Below are positions 1-12,360 of a DNA stretch of 64,000 nucleotides, one piece after another. How positions within the stretch are numbered: position 1 is the first letter of the stretch; every line of letters begins with the position of its first letter. Source of the stretch: the human T2T-CHM13v2.0 reference genome, Homo sapiens; the NCBI RefSeq assembly GCF_009914755.1, contig NC_060940.1; one strand, given 5' to 3'. Position numbers and translations under genes: made by a program. The notes below the pieces were generated by a model. The model did not search any database and was not told the origin of the DNA. It saw nothing but the letters and a program-made list of their open reading frames with translations.

Positions 1-950
1 ATTTGACAAACCAAACCAAGACATAAAGTGGGGAAAGAACATCCTATTCCACAAATGGTGCTGGGATAATTGGCAAGACACATGTAGAAGAATGAAACTG
101 GACCCTCATCTCTCACCTTATAAAAAAATCAACTCTAGATGGATCAAGGACTTAAATATAGGATCTGAAACCATAAAAATTCTGGAAGATAACATTGGAA
201 AAACTCTTCTAGACATTGGCTTGGACAAAGACTTCATGACCAAGAACCCAAAAGCAAATACAACAAAAACAATGATAAATAGGTGGGACTTAATGAAACT
301 AAAATATTTCTGCAGAGCAAAAGAAACAATCAGCAGAGTAAACAGATAACCCACAAGTGGGAGAAAATCTTCATCTGACAGTGGGAGAAAATCTATACTT
401 CTGACGAAGGACTAATATCCAGAATCTACAAGGAACTCAAACAAATTAGCCAGAAAAAAATAAACAATCCCTTAAAAAAATGGGCCAAGGACATGAATAG
501 ACAGTTCTCAAAAGAAGATATACAAATGGTCAACAAACATGAAAAAATGCTCAATATTACTAATTGTCAGGGAAATGCAAATCAAAACCCCAATGCTATA
601 GCACCTTACTCCTGCAAGAATGGCCATAATCAAAAAACAAACAAAAAAAATGATGGTGAGGATGCAGTGAAAAGAGAACACTTTTACACTTCTGGTGGGA
701 ATGTAAACTATACAACCACTATGGAAAATAGTGTGGAGATTCCTTGAAGAACTAAAAGTAGAAGTATTGTTTGATCCAGCAATCTCACTACTGGGTAACT
801 ACCCAGAGGAAAAGAAGCCGTTTTGCAAAAAAGATACTTGAACACGCAAGTTTATAGCAACACAATTTGCAATTGCAAAAATATGAAAGCGGCCCAAATA
901 CCCATCAATCAAAGAGTGGATGAAGAAATTTTGGTAAACACATACACACA

Positions 951-1002
<52 letters not shown>

Positions 1003-1393
1003 ATGGAATACTTTTCAGCCATAAAGAGGAATAGAATAATGGCATTCACAGCAACCTAAATAGAATTGGAGACCATTAGCCTGAGTGAAGTAACTCAAGA
1101 ATGGAAAACCAAACATCATAAGTTATCACTCATAAGTGGAAGCTAAGCTGCAAAGATGCAAAGTCATAAGACTGATACAATGGACTTTGGGGAATTGAGG
1201 GAAAGGGTAGGAGGGGGGTGAGGGATAAAAGACTACAAATTGGGTACAATGTATACTGCTTGGGTGATGCGTGTACCAAAATCTCTCAAATCACCACTAA
1301 ATAACTTACTCATGTAACCAAACACCACTTATTATCCAAAAACCTATGGAAATAAAAATAAAATTAAATTTAAAAAATTAAAAAATTAAAAAA
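1..1393 (+). mobile_element. LINE-1 3' portion (L1PB1/PB2-like): decayed ORF2 C-terminus, 3'UTR and A-rich tail
   Basis: ORFs 92..349 ([21 protein letters not shown]) and 823..1059 are frameshifted L1 ORF2p pieces. G-rich 3'UTR gggtaggaggggggtgagggataaaagactacaaattgggtac, aataaa and A-rich tail at ~1352-1393. Confidence 0.93.
938..1001 (+). repeat. (CA)n microsatellite inside L1
   Basis: Direct read; generates the THTHTH/CVCVCV pseudo-ORFs. Confidence 0.97.
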
Positions 1394-1399
1394 TACAGA

Positions 1400-1625
1400 G
1401 TATATATAATATACATGTATACATATATACATATACTCATATATATATAACATAGTAGCATGTATGGTGTGTATATATACACTAAAAGACATATATCTCT
1501 ATATATTTATGAATCTACATATTTATTTATATAAATATCTCTATATTTATATAAATATCTATCTACATAAATATCTACATATTTATATAAAATCTATCTA
1601 TATATTTATATAAATAAATAAATAC
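1400..1625. repeat. AT-rich low-complexity, degenerate (TA)n tract
   Basis: Repeated atatttatataaatat and atctacat units. Confidence 0.9.
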
Positions 1626-1629
1626 ATTT

Positions 1630-2055
1630 TGTACTAGGCATGGGGTCATGTAATTACAGAAGCTAACTCCCACAATCTTCCATCTGCAAGCTGGAGACCC
1701 AGAAAAATTGTGTAGTTCAAAGTCCTGAGAGCCAGAGTGTTAATGGTGTAGATTCCAGTCTGAATATGAAGGCCTGAGAACCTGGAGGGTTAAAGATTAA
1801 AAGATGGAGGTCCCAGTTCAAACAGGCAGAGAGGGTGAATCTTCCCGTCCTCCACTGTTTTGCTCTATTTGAGACTTGAACAGATTGGATGATGCCCTCC
1901 CACATGGGGAAGGGCACTCTGACTTACTACATCTACCAGTTCAAACGCTAACTTCTTCTGGAAACACCCTCACAGACACAGCCAGAAATGACACTTAACA
2001 AGACCTCCTGGCACTCTGTGACCCAGTCTGATTGACATATAAAATTTGCTATCAC
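1630..2055 (-). mobile_element. MLT2-family ERVL LTR
   Basis: Reverse complement begins gtgatagcaaattttatatgtcaatcagactggg...tgtgtctgtgagggtgtttccag, matching the MLT2 5' end. Confidence 0.85.
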
Positions 2056-2439
2056 TTATCATAACTTTTCAGAGTAAAAGGAAGGGATTGTCACAATTTC
2101 CTCAGGACAACAAGTATAAATTGGATCTTTCCTAGATAATGCAGAATGTATATATTTTCTTCATATTAACTGAACCGTAGTTCTCTAGATCTGTGTTAAA
2201 ATAACTCACAGTTAAAATCTGTGAGAAAGAAGTCATTCAAACCTAGATTCGTTTTTTTTTTATTTGGATACTAATGTCCTCCCCAGACAAGAGTGTGATG
2301 GTGTGATTACAAGGATGTATTTTTCCAGGCCCACAAATTCTTCTCTAGGAAGCCTTTTTTAAACTTTCCCTTTTCTTTCTCTTATTAGTCCCACACATCC
2401 TCTGCTTCGCTCTGTTCTAGCTTGAATCAGACAGGATTC

Positions 2440-2572
2440 TTGTATTCTGGTTACTTGTTTGTCTTCTCTGTTAGACAATGAAGTTTGGAGGACAGGCAAT
2501 GCATATGTTTTTCTTTCTTCCACCTAATGCAATGCATGGCATAGAGTAGGTACCCAAGGCATGTTTAAATGA
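2440..2572 (+). mobile_element. L2 3'-end remnant
   Basis: ttagacaatgaagtttggaggacagg...catggcatagagtaggtacccaa...aaatga resembles the L2 terminus. Confidence 0.55.
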
Positions 2573-5246
2573 GAAAGGGAAGGAATAAGTATTCTTGGTA
2601 CTAAAATTATTTTAATACATTAGCCCATTTTATTTTCAAAATTTGGAGTCACTATTTCCAAGGAGAGATTTTCTGATTAAGGAGTAAAAGTTCCATACAT
2701 TAATTTATTCAAACCTTCATTCATTAGGTCACTCAGAATGACTGCTTGAAGACTTTCAGGCAGTAAATTATAGAATTGATTAGTGAACATTATTTTGATT
2801 AATCAGGTAGTTTAATTTCAGAACGTGGTAGTGAATCTATCTCAAACTACCTGTGTTTGTGAAAAAGTCTCCAATCTCTTGGATAAAAATGTCATGATCC
2901 AATTGGCTGGGTCACTGAAATGATATTAAAGGAGAACTCTAGAAAAGTGTTTAAATGAGGTAATATATTGAAATAAGTCTGCAGCCTCCCCAGGTACCTG
3001 TTTCAAAAAAGCAACACTAGCTTGGCTGTGTAAGTTCTGGTCTATTTGTTTAACAATTAGTGATATTACATTTCCTCATAAACTGTATTAGACCCCATTC
3101 AGGCATTTAATCAATGTGTGCTTAAAAAAGAGTGTCAGGAAATCATGTACTGTTCCATGGCTGCTCTGGGGGTGGGACTGGCACACAGCATCATCCTAGG
3201 TATTCAGGTGTGTTCTTTCTTGATAAATGATTAGTCCTCATAAGACTTTTCAGTTCGTTGTGTGAGTTAAAAAGCAACCACTTGCACATGGTAAGATAGT
3301 CTCTTAAAAAGTTGTCTTCCCAGGGATTATGAGTACCATGAGAGTATAAAGTAGTAATTTCACTTAAATTATTCACAGTTACTAACATTTAAGCAAATTA
3401 GGCTATTACCTCAACTTCCAAATTAGAGAAGAACTTTCCTTTAAAGTCAATAGAAAGTTCTATTTGTTTCAGGTAATATGGTTAACTCGGTATCATCAGT
3501 TGTTTCTTTTAGTCATGTTGAATAGCTGAATCCAATAACACAAACACCTTTAAAATTTACTCCAAATGTCCAATGAGCAACTAATTAGTTTAGGCATTCA
3601 GATTAATTTTTCTATTCTGTAAATTTAGCTTTGCTTTTACTTTTATTTGTATTTGTGAGAGTTCATTTTTATAGAGAAATCTCCTGCTCCATCCTATCAA
3701 ATTCACTATATGCTTAAAAATTCTAGCAAATTAAATTTGTGCTGGCAAAGAGATAAAACAAATAAATGGCTTAAAAACATCACAATCAAGTATGATAATA
3801 GCAAAGTGTTAGTGATTAGGAATGGTTGTAATGCAAAGATTTATTTCACAGAACAAAAGCACTTAAGCAGGAGTTTATATTACTGCTATGCTTCAGTGAT
3901 GATAACATTGGGACTTCAACCTGCATAGCTACAATGATTAATTAAAGGCCTTGTTCGGGATGAGTGAGCACCATTATTGTTCTTAAATAGGAAAAGGCAG
4001 GTAACCATTACTGATTATTCCTCAATTCCCAGTCTTACTTGTTAAAAACTAAAGAATACTAAAGTAGGTTGTACAATTTCCAAGCTGCTATGAGAAGTAG
4101 AAAATAACACAATTTCCATACCATATATAAGTGAGAGTTGGATTATTTAAAAGATTTTTAAGTTAACAGCCAGATTTATCACTGATGGTCTGAATATATA
4201 ATTTATGATGGTATGTATATAAGCTTCACTTATATCAGTAAGATATGAACATCTTTAAGGGGAAGCAATTTAGGATCCCAATACATGCTTCCAGCTATAT
4301 ATCTCTGTCTACAGCAAATACCCCTCATCAAAGGAAAAATAATATATACACATATATATGAAAAAAGAATTTACAGATCAAAAGACATCAACATTAAATA
4401 TCTAATGAAAGCATCTTAATGCATTCTGAATAAGCATGAACTGTATTAGTTTTATTTTTCTAAGGCATAAATTATGTCAGATTACATCATTTGTTCTTTC
4501 TTTTTAAAAATCGTACCACTGTACTATTTTTTCTAATATAAATAAGTATTTTTGAGTATACTTGATAATATTTGGAGACAGTTTCTTTCTGAATATTGGA
4601 AATGCTTCTACCAAATCTTCTCTGCAAATATCCCTACCAATCTGAAGATAAAAAGCAAATACTTTGGAAAATGTTCCAGGAAGAACATTATCTTTGAGAT
4701 TCTGTGGCTTGGAAGACATATCATTTATAACAGTTTAATGTTGCCAATAAGCCCTGAAATACCTCTGATTTGAGATATTCCCTCTCTTTATCTATTCCAT
4801 CTATATCTTCTCTGGCATATACTGCAAGGAAGTGTGTCTTTTGCTTTTGACCACCAGGCATAGCAAAGGTTAAGTATAAGGTGAAGAGCATTATCGTACT
4901 GTATATATTTGCTGAATTACAACAAGAATTCTTACTTGACACTACCACAATACTCAGTAAAAAGACTCCAATGGGCAGAGTTTGCTTTTAATTTTAAAAG
5001 TCTTTCTTTAATTATACTAAATACATTCATTTTGTTTACTGTGCTTACACAATTATTAAACCATTTGCAGATGAGGGAATGGATACTGGGAGAAATCAAT
5101 TTTCTAATGTTGCACAGTCAATAATGAAACAAGACTTAAACTTATGTCACCTTCTTAAAGTCTAAGATTAAGAATATGTTTTTCTTTTATATTACATGAT
5201 ATATCCAGAGAGGAGATTTTTGTTATTCAAAAGCCATATTCTCTTT

Positions 5247-5634
<388 letters not shown>

Positions 5635-6382
5635 TAAATAAAAATGTTGACTATAAAAATAGCAAATATTTCAAAACTCTTTAACTAGAATAATTTTTAG
5701 AGGAATAGTTAATTCAACAGTATTCATGAAATGGAATTTTATGTCAGCATTACAAGTAAAGAAGTAGATCCACATATGTCAGAATATAAAGATCTCACAC
5801 ATCTGAAGCATGGCCAGAAAAGCAAACTGCTTGATGAGACTGACTGCACAATCATGTTTATGTACTGTATTTTGCCTATGTTTGTTGTGTTTTTTTAATA
5901 TATTTGACATCAAACTGGTTAACTATAGAATGACAGTGGAATGGGCCAGGGCTGTGAGGTTGGAAACATTAAGGATAGTTAGATTTAAGTCCACATTCTA
6001 TATTATTTGCATCTTTAAAAACAGGCACTTGTTCTTTTTTATTTTTTATTTTTTCTGGCATCTCTGTAAGAGACAGTTATGGTACAGAATAAAAGTGAGT
6101 TTACTTTCTCATTTATCCAAAGAAGCCTTGTGCAGTTACCCTCTTCTCTTCTACCTCCCTCCATTTCTGGCTTTCCTTGATTCAGTACTTAATGTTTAGT
6201 GCATTTTCCATATTCCCAATGTGAAAACTTCCCATAAACCCAGAACACTGTTGCAGGATTTCTGGCCAGCACATGAGTTTTCAGAACGAGCTGAAATAAG
6301 TCGTTAAGAAGTTTGACCTTTGTCTACCTGGTCTGACTCCCTACCATTGCTTTTCTAATGATATCTAATATCTAAAATTAGA

Positions 6383-6573
6383 AACGCTGTCTCTACTAAA
6401 AATACAAAAATTAGCTGGGCATGGTGGCACGTGCCCGTAATTCCAGCTACTCAGGAGGCTGAGGCAAGAGAATTGGTTGAACCCTGGAGGCAGAGGTTGT
6501 AGTGAGCGGAGATTGCACCACTACACACCAGCCTGGGTGAATAGAGTGAGACTCCCTCTCAAAAAAGAAAAAA
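6383..6573 (+). mobile_element. 5'-truncated Alu (linker plus right monomer)
   Basis: tctctactaaaaatacaaaaattagctgggc...gagactccctctc followed by an A tail. Confidence 0.93.
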
Positions 6574-8186
6574 ATATATCATTTATCTTTCCCATTATTG
6601 ATTTTTTTTTAAAAAGATATTTTTGTTTATACATGTATATCTGAGAAGACCTCATCTGCCAAATCTCAGTTTGCCAGATGGGCTGATAAAGTTCCACACC
6701 AACTGAAATAAGTAGGCATAAGGAGCCTATAACCATAAATGCAACTTTCTCTTTCTCTCACAGTCCCACTTCTTTTTAGACTTTAATTAATCCCCACCTC
6801 CCTAATTCTTCCACACTATATACATTCTATAATTATTGTTATGATTATTATGTATGAGTATCAGCTTTGTTCAGGGCAGTGGGTTGTGTGCTGCATGAGA
6901 CACACAAGAGAGCCAGGAAACCACAAAGCACGGTTTCCCACCTCTAAGAAGCATGTGAGCATTATTTGGTTCAAACTCAGGATGGAAATTAAGAAAGCAC
7001 ACTTTTTTTTCCATTTCTCAAACTGTGTGATTTCTCCTTTCTTTGTCTTCTTTGCCTGTCAAGAGGAGGTGATTATATAAGGCAATATTTAAAGACAGGT
7101 TCAACTCTGAAAACTAGTGCATAGAAATACACTCTAATTTAATAGTACTTATGCAGCCTAAATTTTTGCCCAACTGCAATTAATGGACGTGAGTCAGTTT
7201 GAGTATTTTAGCAGTGACAATCTTGATATAGTGATACCCACACTTGCTACTCAGCCCCTTTAGTCTGTCCATTTAGAGTCTTTGACTCACATGTTATAGT
7301 TTTCACACAAAGGACAGTATTAGAGTAAATTAGATATTTATACTATCATGAAAAAAAGTAATATTTAAGCTGCCTTTTAGAATTGGACATACTGGAGTTT
7401 GGTGCAGTTGCCAGTGGAGAATGTTCCTTAAAAAGCCCAACAGTAAGTAGGCAGGAGACATTCTACAGAAGATTGATTACCCCAGAATCTAGGAACTAGA
7501 AAAATCCACCTGCAAGTAATGGCCTTGGTCTATTTTTCTTTTACATCATCCGTTTATAAATCACAGCATTCTAATCAGTGGAGAACAATGAGCAATTGTG
7601 CCCAGTGTATAGTGGTGATGGGATGAACAGGTCTGTGAATGAATAATCAGTGATGTTACCAACACCCACAGAGCACGACACAGATGGAGTGGCTGGGTCT
7701 CCAGGCACTGATTGCTCTGACATCCTGTTGGTCTGAGGATGCTCAGGCTGAACTGTTTCTTGCTTATTTATATGCTTTAGCATGTAAGGCTTTTAAAGTG
7801 CTAATTCATATGTCAATATACTATATTGTTTTTCTTTCTATTTAGAAAATGAAGACAGAGAGAGAGAGAGATACATGATAACTCACCTAAAAAGTAGGGT
7901 TCTGCACCATATCATTTGATCATGGTGCTCTTTGCAAGTTAAACACTCTGGGAATAGTATTGCTCAGGCACAGGTCTGCTTTTAGTTGTCCAGATAAACT
8001 ATCTGAGTAAGACAGATGAACATGTCCTCCCACAATCCTCCGTGAATGACTCCTTCTCTGAGATTTAGGAAAACATCCCACATCTTGTTTTTGAAACTAA
8101 GATATAACTTTGGTTATGGACTGCTACAGGCATTTGATTACTTTCTTCTTTTATTCTATTCGAAAGGCAATCAGAAAGACTGTCTA

Positions 8187-8730
<544 letters not shown>

Positions 8731-10056
8731 TTTTTATATTTTTACAACCTAAACAAATGCGTTCATCTACCTCCAGTACTTCTGGTAACTTCCTGCTCAT
8801 TCTTGGGGGAAAAAAAAAGAAATGATGTTGACTATGTTTTCCAGTTTCAGTAAGCTGAGCCTGAGTCATGCTTTTGTCACCCAACACAGCATTAATTATG
8901 GTCCTTGTGTATATGCTTATCACATCACATGCCCCCCCGTCCCTGCATCTGGTACACATTCCTTTTATGTCACATGTTTCACATAGCAATATGTGAGATA
9001 CAGCTATTGCATATAACAATACTTTATAAGTATTCTTCTCTCCAATAATGATAGCTTCTGGGGGCAGGCAACATATCTTTTTATCACTTTAGCACAATTT
9101 ATTTAGCAAAGTTTTGAGCTCATAGTAATTACTGAATAAGTTATATTGACTAATGAATGAATTGTTGTCTATTTCCTAGACTGTGTGTTAATGGTACTGG
9201 GACTCTGGCTTGGATTTTTAGAGATAAAATAGACCTAATGAGCATGGTGTATATCTTAATTGGAGTCAGTGTATCTGGGGTCTAATTTTAGTTCTGCAAC
9301 TTATTTCATGGGAATAAGGGCAGGTCACCTACCTTCTTTAGGTCCCACATAACTAACATAAAACAATGGAATTATGCTAGGCCAGGGTTAATACATGGTT
9401 TAAAGTATATTCAGACACGCATCCACCTTCATTTCTGCATTGGAAATGAATTTTGATCCCAGATTTTGCTAACTGGGAGAAAGTACCATGAAAAAAATAC
9501 TGGTGTCTGTCCTGAGAAGGAAAGAACAGAACAGCTATGCAGATGCCACATCTTTTTCAGTCCTGAGTGTTTCTATTTCATAATGCTATATTTCTAGCAT
9601 TAAGCTGTTTCTTTTAAAGATGGCAAAAATTGGACTCCCAAAGATTAAACCTCTTGGGCAAAGTTACCTATGGAGTATCTAAGGATAGAGTTCTATATAT
9701 ATATATATGGAATATAACATGACATTTATCCAGTTAGAAACAGTCTTTTTCCCCCAACCATGGGTCAGTTATGTCTGTCCTTCCACTGTACACATCACAA
9801 ATAAAAAGAGCATAAACATAATTAGAAATGCTATTAAGACTATTTTAAAACATGTTCCTTAATTTGAAAACAAAGGTAATGAGAGGAGAGTTAGGAAGGA
9901 AAGGTGATCCGAATTGGCCAAGTGAATGCATTTTAAAATATAGCTTCCTGCAAATTGGCAAGAGTCAGAGATACAAGTGTAGAGCTGGCGCCTCAGGTTG
10001 GAGCTCTGCACTCATACTATGAGTTGAAGTGTGTGGCTGCTTAGCCATGAATCAGC

Positions 10057-10088
10057 AGCACCATCTAGAGGTGAACCGGAATCCTGCA
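10057..10088 (-). promoter_or_regulatory. CTCF-binding motif (core plus upstream TGCAG module)
   Basis: Minus strand reads TGCAGGATTCCGGTTCA-CCTCTAGATGGTGC. The core fits CCnSYAGRKGGYR and TGCAG starts 17 nt upstream of the core CC. Confidence 0.6.
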
Positions 10089-10259
10089 CACGGAAGAAAC
10101 AAAAGGAAGCCCACCTGTTTAATTTGATCAACGACAAAATCATTACTTCACTTTTCAATATATAACCCCTTACAGGCTGTCTGTGAAAGAGTTGCTTTCT
10201 ATTCCCATTAAGAGGCGACTGCAGAATTCGTTACTGGCAGCATTCAAGACTTCACGTCA

Positions 10260-10619
<360 letters not shown>

Positions 10620-11256
10620 CTACTGAGAGGAAAGTCACTGATTTCCAAATCCCTTAATTTTTCCCATTCATTTTGCTGGATACCCGCCATGCCTCAGGCT
10701 TTGGGCAAAGCACTAGGGATACAGACAGGAATATACTATGGTCTGTCCCTCTACCCCTAGCCCAGCTATCCAAACCTAACCACATGTCTAAGTCTTCCTC
10801 TGTCTTATCTTTTTCAACAGTTTCTGGGTAGAGACAGATCTGTCAAGGCAGCCACTGGATTTTCAAATATTTGTTCTCAGTAAAAACATTTTCACTGAAA
10901 TCATGTATTCCAATGAGTTTAAAGGGATAGAGATTCTCACGATCTTAGAGTAGTCACTATTAAACTTGGGCAACTTGGGCATACATGAAAATTATTACCT
11001 GGTGGTATGGTTAGGCTTTGCAAAATGTGAGGACATTTGGGAGGGGCCAGAAGCAGAATGATGTGGTTAGGTTTTGTGACCCCATCCAAATCTCATCTCG
11101 AATGTGTTTAGGGAGGGACCTGGTGAGAAATGATTGGATTATGGTGGCAGATCCCCCATGCCACTCTCAGGAATTTGGGAGTGAATTCTCACCAAGATTA
11201 GGTGGTTTTATAAACGGTAGTTCTTCCTGTGCTCATACATGCTGTCTCTCACCTGC

Positions 11257-12360
11257 TGATATGGAAGGGAAGTGCTGGGTAGAGGAGGGCATGGTCTCTG
11301 GCTATGGCTCCACCCCTGGGCCTGTGCCCACGGACCTAGGTGAAGACAGGCATTTTTGTTTTCCTGCCCAAATGTTGCATTTCCCAAGACCATACTGGCC
11401 TGCCACGCCCCCATCTTGTGCCTATAAAAACCCGAGACCCTCATCACGCCTGTAATCCCAGCACTTCGGGAGGCCGAAGCAGGAGGATCACTTGAGGTCA
11501 GGAGTTCGAGACCAGCCTGGCCAACATGGTGAAGCCCCGTCTCTACTAAAAATACAAAAATTAGCTGGGCGTGGTGGCAGGTGCCTGTAATCCCAGCTAC
11601 CCCAGAGGCTGAGGCAGGAGAATTTATCGAACCCGGGAGGAGGAGGAGGTTGCAGAGAGCCGAGATCTTGCCACTGCACTCCAACCTGGCGAGAGAGGGA
11701 GACTCGTCTCAAAACAAAAACAAAAACAAAACAAAACCCGAGACCCTAGCAGGCAGACACACAGGCAGCTGCACCTCGAGAGGAACGCGTCAGCGGAGGA
11801 ACACACAAGCGGCTGGAGGTGGAGAGTAATGCACCAACAGGCACTGACACTCCAGCAGGCCATAGACCGGCAGAACGATGCGGAGTTTGGCTGGGGCAGT
11901 CGGAGGAGAGCCCAGGTCACTGAGCAGCCCGACTCCAGGGGAAAACCTTCCCACTCCATCTTCTTCTGGCTTCTCCCATCTGCTGAGAGCTACCTCCACT
12001 CAATAAAACCTTGCACTCATTCTCCAAGCCCAGGTGTGATCCGATTCTTCCAGTACACCAAGGCAAGGACCCGCGATACAGAAAGCCCTCTGTCCTTGTC
12101 ACAGAGTAGAGGGTCTAATTGAGCTGGTTAACACAAGCCGCCTATAGATGGCAAAACTAAAAGAGCACACGGTAGCACACACCCACTGGGGCTTCGGGAG
12201 CTGTCAACATCCAGACCTAGACACTGCTGTGGGGTCAGAGCCCCACGACCCGCCCATCTGTATGCTCCCCTAGAGGTGTGATCAGCGGGGCACTGAAGAA
12301 GCGAGCCACTCCCCCTGTCGCATGCCCTGCGAGGGGGACCAGGAAACTTTTCCCATTTCA
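11257..12360 (+). mobile_element. LTR1-family (ERV1, HUERS-P2 type) solo LTR, interrupted by an Alu
   Basis: TG...CA termini (tgatatggaagggaagtgctggg ... cccatttca), 4-bp TSD CTGC at 11253-11256 and 12361-12364, TATA at 11423, aataaa at 12002. Confidence 0.85.
11442..11732 (+). mobile_element. AluS, slightly 5'-truncated, inside LTR1
   Basis: 15-bp TSD aaaacccgagaccct at 11427-11441 and 11733-11747. Confidence 0.96.

Noticed and set aside
92-1059. ORFs with clear protein similarity (also 34063, 41400, 51396, 58075)
   Set aside because: Frameshifted L1 ORF2p fragments, not host genes.
1189-1224. G-quadruplex motif
   Set aside because: Standard G-rich tract of the L1 3'UTR.
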